Shown here piece after piece: positions 48,588-57,840 of a DNA stretch of 64,000 nucleotides. Numbering within the stretch: the stretch's first letter is position 1; the number at the start of each line of letters is the position of its first letter. Both the position numbers and the translations under genes were made by a program. Below the pieces are notes generated by a model that did no database searches, was not told the DNA's origin, and saw only the letters and a list, made by a program, of their open reading frames with translations. The DNA is taken from NCBI GenBank assembly GCA_965203175.1, contig OZ241867.1, positions 2,336,001 to 2,400,000 of the forward strand, written 5' to 3'. This stretch comes from Candidatus Latescibacterota bacterium. GTDB taxonomy: Bacteria > Latescibacterota > UBA2968 > UBA8231.

Positions 48588-49832
48588 TTAGCTCACAGCC
48601 CTGATCTTGTGCTTGACGCTCTTCGGCCCATCCGAAAATGAGATCATCATCCCGCCTTTATACTCGATCCACCAACCGGGGCGAGAGGATTGTGGCTGCT
48701 CTGACAAACACGCAAGGCTCATTATGACTTTGTAAGGGTCGTCACTCAGCCGCTCTAACAGCTTTTCGTATAGGTATAGCGCACACTCGGTCACGATTAG
48801 GTGTGCATAGCGGATTCCACAAATGGTGATGGCATTCAGGATATGGGGGGCTGGCTTCATCGCCGCCCTGAAAGCCTGTTCACCTTCGATGGCGGCTAGG
48901 CGTCCGACGTCAATAGAATGCGCTCCCTCAAAGTTCGCTACGGTCCGAATCATCTCCTTTAGTGAAATCCCTTTCCCATCGAACATCACGACCTGCTGGC
49001 CTAACCAATCGTCGCAGCTTAAACCGGAGCCGGCACCTGCGTGAAATAACTGGTCGGCGCTCACCGGCCAAGCTGTTTCTTTAGACGGTACTCCCGTCCA
49101 GTCCGCCGCACCCGGTAGCGGCCACTCTATGAATATCTTTACCTCATGCGGCCCCGCACTGAACTGATTGGTTTCTTGGGGTTCCAGCGTATCGTCGTCT
49201 AATTTCGTCCATTCTACGACCATATCAGAGCAACCGAAGCCGACCTCAATCTCTCTCCGTCTGTCTTGGGGAATCTTACGCAACCGATCAAACTGCAACC
49301 CGACTGATTTTAGGATGCTATCATCGAGCAACCGGGTCTCGCGCCTGTCGTGGTCTCCTATGACGGTTTTTCGGAGGAACACCGAACAGAGCCGTGCTAA
49401 TGATGCGAATAAGTCTAGCACATGCCCCCGCTGGTTTCCATCGCACGCGCCGGATAACTGACTATTCAGCCCGTCGATTCCTAGTCGTAGGTCGGCCATT
49501 GCGCCCTTGATCCGAGCCATCTTATCCTGCTGCATGCCGCCAATCAAACTGCCCCTCACCGGCATTAATCTTACTCCACGTTCCTTGGGACTCTTTTGAA
49601 GAGCGGCAACAATCTTCTGGAGTTGAGTTACAGCAAGCTCTCTGCTCTCAAAAGCAAAATAAAAATTCTTTGACGCCCCGCTCGAATCATATACGATTCG
49701 GCCCTGATCGTTAAGTACCGGGACAGCCTGTATTTTTAAGATGAAAGTCTCATCGTTAGGGCTTTGAAACGGTACGATGTTTTTCATCCCATAAACAAGG
49801 TCATCGGGCTGTAGTATATCGCTGTCCTCCAT
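48588..49832 (-). CDS. Hypothetical protein (possibly two fused parts)
   Basis: 414-aa ORF with AAGGAG RBS; internal GGAG+ATG at MPVRGS; no recognised family. Confidence 0.6.
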   Translation of the reverse strand: MEDSDILQPDDLVYGMKNIVPFQSPNDETFILKIQAVPVLNDQGRIVYDSSGASKNFYFAFESRELAVTQLQKIVAALQKSPKERGVRLMPVRGSLIGGMQQDKMARIKGAMADLRLGIDGLNSQLSGACDGNQRGHVLDLFASLARLCSVFLRKTVIGDHDRRETRLLDDSILKSVGLQFDRLRKIPQDRRREIEVGFGCSDMVVEWTKLDDDTLEPQETNQFSAGPHEVKIFIEWPLPGAADWTGVPSKETAWPVSADQLFHAGAGSGLSCDDWLGQQVVMFDGKGISLKEMIRTVANFEGAHSIDVGRLAAIEGEQAFRAAMKPAPHILNAITICGIRYAHLIVTECALYLYEKLLERLSDDPYKVIMSLACLSEQPQSSRPGWWIEYKGGMMISFSDGPKSVKHKIRAVS

Positions 49833-50047
49833 CGTCTGGCTCCTTTACGGTAGGATTATTTGGGGGGACTTCCCCATTCGGTCACCCTGTGCGTCTCGGT
49901 AATGGGCTAATTTGAAAAATGAAGTAGTGGTTCACTTAAAAAATAATCGGCGATGGCTTTGGTCTGGCCAGACGCGCTTCCCGAGATCAACAGTAGTCTG
50001 CCCAACCGCAAGTTCTGCGCCTAACTTTGGCGGTTTAGGGCGAGATT

Positions 50048-50413
50048 TCAAACTGAATCACTATCCTCTGAAGGTTGTTGGCTCGTCGTCAGTGAATCGG
50101 CAAGGGTGGCTATGATGGATTTCTCGTCCCGTTTCGACAGCCTCCCAATTTTGCGTACCACCGATTTATTATCGAGCGAGAAAAGCTTGAGGCGGATTTT
50201 GCAAGGCACATTGAGGCCGGCTTCCTGCCAATCCTCAATGACTACATCGCTTGGCCATTTGTTTTTCGTGCTCGTAATCATGGCGAAGATCGTTTGCTTG
50301 TGAACCTTATTGAAGCTCACTGAAGAGACAACTAGCGCTGGGCGGCGTTTCTTTTCATTGAGGTCTGCGAAGGGGAAAGGAACGACGACTACGTCGAATG
50401 GATCAAAGGTCAC
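50048..50413 (-). CDS. PemK/MazF family toxin
   Basis: GTG start overlapping the upstream stop; DVVVVPFPF.D....KRRPALVVS...AMITS...AGL...IR.K motif. Confidence 0.9.
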   Translation of the reverse strand: MTFDPFDVVVVPFPFADLNEKKRRPALVVSSVSFNKVHKQTIFAMITSTKNKWPSDVVIEDWQEAGLNVPCKIRLKLFSLDNKSVVRKIGRLSKRDEKSIIATLADSLTTSQQPSEDSDSV

Positions 50414-53400
50414 GCCAAGCCTCCTCATCTTCTGGGGAAGTCCATTCTTCACTCATCGTCTGATAAAGATCACGCAGATAATCATCCTGAACTAGTGGCC
50501 AGCCGCCGTGGGCGTCTATTGTTTTGTCGATTTTGGCCATGATGCGCGGCGTCTCGGCCAAGGCCGCGCAGAGGCGGGAGTAGTGGTCAATGTCATCGTA
50601 TGAGAGGGTGCGATTTTTGCGGTCTTTGAGCCACTTCTCTGCCGGCTGGTAGCCACCAATGGTGAATTCCCACGTGTCTAGCGCAACGCCGTCAAAATAC
50701 TGCTCGCCGTTGATCCACACCCGCTTTTGCGGCGGTGCATAGCGCACTTTTTCTACGCAATTGTTGCCTTTGATCGGAAAAGCAGGGACCTCGTCATCAT
50801 CGGCTTCCATTAAGTGCAGGGCTGTCAGCCGCTTCCCAAGCATGGCGAGCGACTCAAACAGCGCACCGCAGTTGGTCACGGGAATGCGGGGAAAATCTGA
50901 CTTGAGGAAATCAGCGTAGCGGCGGCGGTATTCTGGGCTGTGGAGGACGGCGTAGAGATAGTGGAGTATATCTTCCGGGCCGAAGGTAGTTGTGAGGTCA
51001 CCGGTGCCTTCGGGGATGAAATCGAGAGTGGTAGCGGAGGAGAAGACTTTGACGAAATCGGAGTTCAGGTTGGGGACACGCCTAGATTCTTCTGTTGAAT
51101 AGATATAAAGCGGGAAGAGACAGTTCCCACCACGTCGAAACAAATTGAAATCCGAGGAAAATTTTGAAGCAAAAACGATCTCCCAAGTGTCGGAACCAAT
51201 AACTTGACCAGCACGGCCGACGCACAACCCTAAGTTCGGGCCTGCCAACATGTGACGCATGACGCGCTCACGCCTGTGGACAGCGACATTGCGGTCGAAT
51301 ATTGTGGCCCGGACATCGAACGGTCGGTAGAGGACTGGTTTGATTCGCTCGCGCCAAGAGCCACCCGCTAGTTCCTGTTTCGCTTGGTCATATTGCCATT
51401 GATTCTGCGAACACAGACGCCATTGGGCACGTGCCTCATCTTCCGATGAGGTGGCGAGCAAACGCTCGACTTTAGCCGCCGCCTCTTCCGGTGTCCATGA
51501 GATGGCGAATTGATCGTGTGTAGTTACGATACCCGGTGCTGGATCGCCATTCGGCGAAAAAATTGAGGGGATAGACCACGCTGCTTCGTACTCTTCGAGC
51601 AATTCTTCGTTGCGCGGAATGAACAGATATAACGGCGGCTTAGGTGAAAGCTCTGTCCAATCGGTAGTTTTAACGCTGTTGGCGGCGAGCCAGCCATATT
51701 TTCCGCGATTCGGCCCCGACTCGCGCTCGCCCCACAAGTCAGCGTGAAACACTTTGGCTGGGCCGTTATCGGCATTTTTGCATTTGACGAACAGACCTAT
51801 GGCGACCCCCTGCTGAATGTCGAACACATTTTCGTCGTTGCCGCCATCAGGAGTGCGCTCCTGCTTCTTGGCGTTGCCGTGCAGGTCGAGCAAATAGATC
51901 TCGTCAAAGGTTTCCATCAAGCTGCGGCGCATCCCACGAAAGGTCGGGTTGTCCAAATAGCCATGGTCGGTCACGAAGCCGAGCACACCCTCACCAGTGC
52001 GCTCAATGCGCCATTGGGCAAAGCGGATGAATTTCACGTAATCGTTGCTGAGCCATTTTGCTTGCGCCGGTCTTTCTAATTCGGGAAAACCCTGCTTGTA
52101 GCTACCGATCAACTCCGCAATCCACGCGTTCTTGTTGGCGGAGTGCCCGGAATAGGGTGGATTGCCCATCACGACCATTACCGGCTTTTCTTGCTTGACC
52201 GCATAAGCACTGGCCGCTTCGCGCACAATTTCGGGAGCAAAAAGCGGGGAACTATGCCCTTCGTCTGGTCCTTCTAAGGCATTGGTGAGGAAGACATTGA
52301 GCCGCTCACCGGCGGGCATGGCAAAGCCGCGGTCCGTGCCGCCGATTTCGAGCGCGAGTTTCAGGTGGCAGATCGAGTAAGGGGCCATCAGCAACTCAAA
52401 TCCGAACAGGCGCGGCAAAAGGTGCTTATGTACGTAGCCCGGCCAAGCACCGCCTAATCCCTTCGCTTCAATGGTCTCGCGGATGGTGGCGACTACTTCG
52501 CGCAGAAAGGTTCCTGTGCCCGCTGCTGGGTCGAGAATCGTCACTCTCGGACGGGGAGAGCCGCCGTTTTCGGATGCGACCGTCGCCGTGTCGGCTAGCC
52601 CATCGGCTAAGCCAAACTGATCGCGCAACAAGTGGTCCACACTCTGCACGATGTAAGACACCACGGGTTCGGGAGTATAGTACACACCTCGCTTCTCGCG
52701 TAGGTGCGGATCATAAGCCGCTAAGAAATCCTCATAGAAATGCACTACCGGGTCTTCTTGCCGGGTCTTCTTGCCGAACTCGGACAGGATAGATGCCATG
52801 TCCGCCCGATCTAGTAGGTACGCCAGATCATCAACTATCCAAGCGATCCGCTCGTCCATCCCTGGGCCAGCAATCCTCCCGAAGACATCTCGCAAAAAGG
52901 GCGTGGTTTCGGCAAACGCGGCCGACTGGCGGGTAAAAGGTTTATTGTCGTGTTCGTGTCGGCACCGTGCCGCAAACAGCCCATAAGCAGCCGTCTGCGC
53001 CTGCAAATCGGCGAAGTCTGCTTCCGACAAGCCGGCGATGAGCCCCTCGCGGTAACCGGTGAGCATATTGTGGAGGGGGCCGGCCTCAGTTTCTTGAGCC
53101 AAGATGCGCTCAATGCTGTCACGGAGTAGCCGCGCCTTGGCCGCCATGCGCTCGGCCAGTTCACGCGGCTGGCCAATGGACGGCGGGTCGGCGTCAAAGA
53201 ACGCGGTGAACAGTTCGGCGACTTGGGGAGCGCCGGTTTGGTCAATAGTGATACGATCTCGATTGCCGGTGTGTGCAAGACGAGCCTTCAGGTGTAACTC
53301 CCCTTCTACATACCAGCGAAATTCGAGATAGTCGGTGAGAATCAGATTCGGCAAACTGTCGAGGTAACGCGTGAGTTGGTCATCGCGTTCGACTCGGTTC

Positions 53401-53654
53401 AGATCTACGTCGATATCCTTGCATTCGACATGCCCGATGGGTACCCCTCCCCGCTCGACGATGAAATCGGGCGCACCGCACTTGACGCGCTTAGGCTCAT
53501 TGAGGGCACGAACTCGTTTGCCACCCAACCCTTGGATCAGATTCTCAAGGGCCGAGCGGTAGCTGTGCTCGGTCGCCTGCTTGGTAGCAAAGGTAGTCTT
53601 CAGGCTATTGTAATACACCCGAAGAGGACTACTAAGGGCCTGTTTTGTCGTCAT
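50403..53654 (-). CDS. Single-chain restriction-modification enzyme (N6-MTase with Type ISP-like specificity domain, no helicase) with antitoxin-like C-terminal tail
   Basis: N-terminal PDF...VECK nuclease motif; GVYYTP, LDPAAGTG, GNPPY, ENVFDIQQGV, YRPFD and IGGYQ..KWLKDR motifs. Confidence 0.88.
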   Translation of the reverse strand: MTTKQALSSPLRVYYNSLKTTFATKQATEHSYRSALENLIQGLGGKRVRALNEPKRVKCGAPDFIVERGGVPIGHVECKDIDVDLNRVERDDQLTRYLDSLPNLILTDYLEFRWYVEGELHLKARLAHTGNRDRITIDQTGAPQVAELFTAFFDADPPSIGQPRELAERMAAKARLLRDSIERILAQETEAGPLHNMLTGYREGLIAGLSEADFADLQAQTAAYGLFAARCRHEHDNKPFTRQSAAFAETTPFLRDVFGRIAGPGMDERIAWIVDDLAYLLDRADMASILSEFGKKTRQEDPVVHFYEDFLAAYDPHLREKRGVYYTPEPVVSYIVQSVDHLLRDQFGLADGLADTATVASENGGSPRPRVTILDPAAGTGTFLREVVATIRETIEAKGLGGAWPGYVHKHLLPRLFGFELLMAPYSICHLKLALEIGGTDRGFAMPAGERLNVFLTNALEGPDEGHSSPLFAPEIVREAASAYAVKQEKPVMVVMGNPPYSGHSANKNAWIAELIGSYKQGFPELERPAQAKWLSNDYVKFIRFAQWRIERTGEGVLGFVTDHGYLDNPTFRGMRRSLMETFDEIYLLDLHGNAKKQERTPDGGNDENVFDIQQGVAIGLFVKCKNADNGPAKVFHADLWGERESGPNRGKYGWLAANSVKTTDWTELSPKPPLYLFIPRNEELLEEYEAAWSIPSIFSPNGDPAPGIVTTHDQFAISWTPEEAAAKVERLLATSSEDEARAQWRLCSQNQWQYDQAKQELAGGSWRERIKPVLYRPFDVRATIFDRNVAVHRRERVMRHMLAGPNLGLCVGRAGQVIGSDTWEIVFASKFSSDFNLFRRGGNCLFPLYIYSTEESRRVPNLNSDFVKVFSSATTLDFIPEGTGDLTTTFGPEDILHYLYAVLHSPEYRRRYADFLKSDFPRIPVTNCGALFESLAMLGKRLTALHLMEADDDEVPAFPIKGNNCVEKVRYAPPQKRVWINGEQYFDGVALDTWEFTIGGYQPAEKWLKDRKNRTLSYDDIDHYSRLCAALAETPRIMAKIDKTIDAHGGWPLVQDDYLRDLYQTMSEEWTSPEDEEAWRDL

Positions 53655-53675
53655 ATCAAGTCCCCCTTTACAATT

Positions 53676-54560
53676 CTACGCCAATCCCACTTTCCGCTTG
53701 GCCGCCCACACGGTGTTGTAGAGCAACAGCGCGATCGTCATCGGCCCGACCCCGTTGGGCACAGGGGTGATCGCACGGACCTTTGGGCGCACCTGTTTGT
53801 AGTCCACGTCGCCGACGAGCCGCCAGCCGCGTTCGCGCGAGGGGTCGTCAACTTGGTTGATGCCCACGTCGATTACCACGGCGTCTTCTTTGACCATATC
53901 CGCCGTGATGCCACGGGGAAATCCAGCCGCCACCACTAGGATGTCCGCTTGGCGCGTAAAATATCCGAGGTCGCGGGTGCCGGTGTGGCACAGAGTTACC
54001 GTGGCATTGGCCCCGGTCGCCTTGTGCCCCAGCAAGATGGCTACGGGCCGTCCCACGAGCGTGCTGCGGCCGACTACGACCACGTGCTGGCCGTCCACCT
54101 CGATTCCGCTGCGACTGAGAATCTGCAAGACCCCGTGCGGCGTACAGGGCCAAAAGCATTCCTCCTGCCGGACGAGGCGGCCCAAATTGACCGGGTGCAA
54201 GCCATCGACATCCTTGTTTGGGTCAATGGCGTTGAGGACTTGTTGCTCGTCTTGGCCTGGCAGTGGTAGCTGTATCAAAATGCCGTGAATTGCGTCGTCG
54301 GCGTTGAGTCGATCGACGGTGGCTAGCACGTCTTCGGTCGTGGCGTTGGCCGGCAGATCTATTTGCTCGGAGTGAATGCCGAGGGATTCGCAGGCGCGAC
54401 CCTTGGCGCGCACGTAGGACTGTGAGGCTGGGTCGTCCCCAACCAGCACGACTGCTAAGCCCGGAACTAGACTGTGCTCCTGCTTCAGGCGCGCGATGTC
54501 CACCAGCAACTCTTCTTGCACTTGGGCCGCAATCGTCCGGCCATCGAGTCGCTCTCCCAT
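53676..54560 (-). CDS. folD: Bifunctional methylenetetrahydrofolate dehydrogenase/cyclohydrolase
   Basis: GDDPAS..Y, QLPLP, KDVDG, PCTP, GRS..VG.P, IDVGIN and PVP.GVGPMT motifs. Confidence 0.96.
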   Translation of the reverse strand: MGERLDGRTIAAQVQEELLVDIARLKQEHSLVPGLAVVLVGDDPASQSYVRAKGRACESLGIHSEQIDLPANATTEDVLATVDRLNADDAIHGILIQLPLPGQDEQQVLNAIDPNKDVDGLHPVNLGRLVRQEECFWPCTPHGVLQILSRSGIEVDGQHVVVVGRSTLVGRPVAILLGHKATGANATVTLCHTGTRDLGYFTRQADILVVAAGFPRGITADMVKEDAVVIDVGINQVDDPSRERGWRLVGDVDYKQVRPKVRAITPVPNGVGPMTIALLLYNTVWAAKRKVGLA

Positions 54561-55921
54561 CACGCGCCTTTCGGTTGCAGGACGCTTTTCTGAACGACCC
54601 GTTGTAAGGCTTCGGGGACCTGTACTGCGCCGTCCGGTTGCTGATAGTTGTCCAAAATGGCGATCAGCAATCGGCCCATCGCGCAGCCTGTGTCGTTGAC
54701 TAGGTGGCAAAATCCCCGACCGCTCGCGCCCTTGTAGCGGATGTTCAAGCGCCGGGCCTGATAGTCCGTGGCGTTGGTGTCGGTCATTACCTCCATGAAC
54801 TCGCCCGTCCCGGACATCCACACTTCCACGTCCCGCTGCCGATGGCTAGCCAGATAGCCCGCGTCTCCGTGGCACTTATCGACGACCCGGTAGGGCAGGG
54901 CTAACTCTTGCAAAAGCCATTCGTTGATTTGGCCGAATTCTTCGTACAGGGCTTCGGACTGATCGGGCAGGCACACGGCGTTCATTTCGATTTTGTCGAA
55001 CTGGTGCATGCGCTTGATGCCCTTGACGTCTTGGCCCCAAGACCCGGCTTCCGAGCGAAAGCAAGCCGTATAGGCAAAGAGCTTGACCGGCAGTTCGGCC
55101 GAGTCCAAGGTCTGGTCCATGAAGTAGCTGAAATTGGTCGGCTCGGACGACCCGACTAGGAAGAGCTCGGCCCCTTCTTCTACGTTATCGGTCTTGATGG
55201 CATAGACTTGGTCGCGGCCCTCGGGAAAGTGCGAGGTGCCGTACAGCGAGCGTTCCCGCACTAGGAGCGGCGGTACGAACATCTCGTACCCGCGCGCTAA
55301 AAGCTCGTCGATGAGGAGCTGGCTCAGGGCGTATTGCATCCGCGCGACATCGCCGCGCAGATAGGCAAAGCGCGAGCCGGAGACTTGGCCGCCCTGTAAG
55401 GTGTTGATGCCGCCTAATTTGACGCCGAGGTCTGCGTGATGGAGGGGCTCAAAGGCGTCGTCTGGGGCGTGCAGAGGCCGCGTGGGCATGTATTGGGCAC
55501 TGGTGTTCCCGCGGCCCAGCTTGTCCGCGGCTAGGTAGCCTTGCCCCGGAATCCAGGCGTTCTCCTCGACGTTGTCTTCCTCGCTAGCTCCTGTGGGCAT
55601 ATCGGGATGTGGCCAGTTGGGGAACCAATCCATGATTCCCTGCCACTCGGCGACAACGGTTCCCAACTCGTGCTCCAGCACTCGCCCGCGCTCGCGCAAC
55701 TCCCGCCCTTTTTCCCGCGCTGCATCCGGGTCGTTGCGACCGAGTTGGGCTAGTTGCTTTTTCTCGCTGTTGAGCGCGTCGATATTCCGTTGCAGCTTTT
55801 GCCGCGCTGCGTCGAGGGCCAACCAGCGATCCACATTGGCTTTGGCCGGGTCAACCTTGCGCACCCGTATCGCCTCGCGCATGGCGTCGGGATCGGTGCG
55901 CACGGCCTTTGGGTCGATCAT
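54560..55921 (-). CDS. serS: Serine--tRNA ligase
   Basis: N-terminal coiled coil; GSRF, CFRSEAG...G..RMHQFDK, TDYQARRL and NYQ..DG motifs. Confidence 0.92.
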   Translation of the reverse strand: MIDPKAVRTDPDAMREAIRVRKVDPAKANVDRWLALDAARQKLQRNIDALNSEKKQLAQLGRNDPDAAREKGRELRERGRVLEHELGTVVAEWQGIMDWFPNWPHPDMPTGASEEDNVEENAWIPGQGYLAADKLGRGNTSAQYMPTRPLHAPDDAFEPLHHADLGVKLGGINTLQGGQVSGSRFAYLRGDVARMQYALSQLLIDELLARGYEMFVPPLLVRERSLYGTSHFPEGRDQVYAIKTDNVEEGAELFLVGSSEPTNFSYFMDQTLDSAELPVKLFAYTACFRSEAGSWGQDVKGIKRMHQFDKIEMNAVCLPDQSEALYEEFGQINEWLLQELALPYRVVDKCHGDAGYLASHRQRDVEVWMSGTGEFMEVMTDTNATDYQARRLNIRYKGASGRGFCHLVNDTGCAMGRLLIAILDNYQQPDGAVQVPEALQRVVQKSVLQPKGA

Positions 55922-56003
55922 GATGCTCGCTCTCAGTTTTGGGTCAAAAATGGATTAAAAATAAGAACGCCGCTGGCGCGAATCGTGGCAATATCGCGGG
56001 ATT

Positions 56004-56927
56004 TTAGCTCTTCGGAGCGATCTTTTGCAGCCACTCGTCCCGCCCGCCGTAGGCGGCAAACACGGCTTCGAGCAAGAGCCGCACGGCTTGGCCAAAGTAG
56101 CGGCCCCGCCGCCAGGCCACGCCGATTTCGCGCTCAAAGGCCACGCCGCGCACTTCTACTATTTTGAGCGCGCCGCTGGCCAGCGATTCGCGGATGGTCA
56201 ATCGCGGCAAAAACGAGATGCCCACCCCGGCCTCCACTAACTTGCGCATGGCCTCTGGGCTGCGCAGCTCCATTACCGCCCCCGGTGTTAAGCCAGCTTC
56301 GGCGAACTTCTCGTCAACCACCTGGCGCGAGACCGAGTCGGCGTGAAAGAGGATCAGAGGCTCTTCCACTACTTCGGCGAGGGCGACGGACTCGCACCGG
56401 GCAAAGCGATGCGCTGGCCCGACGACCAAGGGCATGTCGTCGCGGTAAATCGGCACGGCGTCGATTTTGGGATGGGTATAGGGCAGGTGGACCAGCGCGA
56501 ATTCAGAGCGCTGCATCAGCAGGTCGTCGATGAGATAGCGCGAGGGGGCCACTTGGGTCTTGAGCGCGACGCCCGGATAGCGGCGCATGTACTCTTTGAG
56601 AATTTCCGGCAGGAGATAGATGACAGCCGCGTCCACCGCCCCAAACTGAAAGCCTCCCCCCGGCGCTAGGTCGCTTCGCTGAAGCCGCTCGCTGGCCTCC
56701 TCCAGCAAGTCCTCGACTTGGACGGCATAGCTCAGCAGCAGGCGGCCCTCGGTCGTCAGGGCCACGTGCCGCTTGTCGCGGTTGAAGAGCTGGACTCCCA
56801 TGCTTTTCTCCAACTCCGAAACCGCGCTGGAAACCGTCGGCTGGGTCACGTTCATCTGGCGCGCCGCTTGGGTAAAGCCGCCCGTGCGCGCCACGGCGAG
56901 GAAGTAGCGCAGGTGTTGCAGATTCAT
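56004..56927 (-). CDS. LysR family transcriptional regulator
   Basis: N-terminal LRYF..VA..G.FT.AA...TQP.VS..LE...LF.R helix-turn-helix. Confidence 0.93.
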   Translation of the reverse strand: MNLQHLRYFLAVARTGGFTQAARQMNVTQPTVSSAVSELEKSMGVQLFNRDKRHVALTTEGRLLLSYAVQVEDLLEEASERLQRSDLAPGGGFQFGAVDAAVIYLLPEILKEYMRRYPGVALKTQVAPSRYLIDDLLMQRSEFALVHLPYTHPKIDAVPIYRDDMPLVVGPAHRFARCESVALAEVVEEPLILFHADSVSRQVVDEKFAEAGLTPGAVMELRSPEAMRKLVEAGVGISFLPRLTIRESLASGALKIVEVRGVAFEREIGVAWRRGRYFGQAVRLLLEAVFAAYGGRDEWLQKIAPKS

Positions 56928-56951
56928 GGGCGCAGCGCGCCGTGTGCAGTG

Positions 56952-57833
56952 TTAGGTGGGTTGCGCGGCTTTTGCCGATCCGAAGGTTGAGTGGCGCAAT
57001 ACGGTTTGGGTGGCGTAGATGGAGCCGCCGACTTTGGCGCCGGGCATCGGCATGCTCACGGGCACGTCGGCGACGCGGATGTGCCGGCTTGGCTCGCCGC
57101 GCACAAAGCTGCGGCAATAGCCGTCCCAGTCGGGCGCTGGCACCAAAGGCCAGGAGTCGCCAGCGCAATACTGCAAGAGCAGGAGTCGGCGCGGATTCGG
57201 CGAGGTGTTGGGTAGGGAGCCGTGCAGGGCGCGGACGTGGTGGAGGGAGATGCCGCCGGCTGTTAGCTCGATCTTTTCGGCTGCGGAGTCGTCGAAATCC
57301 GCTGTGGTCACCGCGCCGGCGAAATGGCCGTCGAGGTGGTGGTTGTAGATCGGTCCCTTGTGCGACCCGGGGATGACGAGCAAGCAGCCGTTGGTCTCAT
57401 TCATGTCGTCGATGCACACGCCCACGGCGAGGAGGTCGTCATTGGTATGCGGATAAAAAGCCCAGTCCTGATGCCACTCCACTGGGCTGCCGAACTCGCC
57501 GGATTTCATGTTGAGCTTGTCGCCGTTGGTGCGGATGCGCGGGCCGATTAACTGGCCGACGATGTCCAGAATCCGCTCGTGGTGCAGCGTGTTGCGGTAA
57601 ATCTCGTGCTGGGCGACCGGGCTTTTGAGCCGCCGTAGCTTGGGGTTGTCGGGCGCGTGTCCCGGTTCCAAGTCGAATACAGAATCGCTTTCTGTCGCGG
57701 CGCGGGACTGATCGACGAATTCGTCGGTGGTCTGCCGCAGTGCCTCGACCTCTCCGGCGTCTAGTACTCCCTCGACGCCGAGGTATCCTTTTTCGTGGTA
57801 GCTGGTGATTTGTTCTTGAGTCAGCATGGACAT
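56952..57833 (-). CDS. Phytanoyl-CoA dioxygenase (PhyH) family protein
   Basis: WHQD, NGCL.VIPGSH and HGS.PN....RR motifs. Confidence 0.92.
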   Translation of the reverse strand: MSMLTQEQITSYHEKGYLGVEGVLDAGEVEALRQTTDEFVDQSRAATESDSVFDLEPGHAPDNPKLRRLKSPVAQHEIYRNTLHHERILDIVGQLIGPRIRTNGDKLNMKSGEFGSPVEWHQDWAFYPHTNDDLLAVGVCIDDMNETNGCLLVIPGSHKGPIYNHHLDGHFAGAVTTADFDDSAAEKIELTAGGISLHHVRALHGSLPNTSPNPRRLLLLQYCAGDSWPLVPAPDWDGYCRSFVRGEPSRHIRVADVPVSMPMPGAKVGGSIYATQTVLRHSTFGSAKAAQPT

Positions 57834-57840
57834 TTCTCCG

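Larger units (their letters stand above)
46059..50064. repeat. Six copies of junction motif GTAGTGG-N3-A-N-TTTGAA
   Basis: Plus strand at 46059, 46868, 48499, 49899 and 49924; minus strand at 50045-50064; gap-free alignment. Confidence 0.8.

Noticed and set aside
50490-50498. TAGTGG at the R-M/antitoxin-tail junction as a seventh motif copy
   Set aside because: Only 6 nt match, the TTTGAA half is missing, and the Pro-Leu codons explain it.
42800-53675. Prophage or integrase-driven genomic island
   Set aside because: No integrase, phage structural or conjugation genes, and no identical att pair; the region looks like accreted small insertions.
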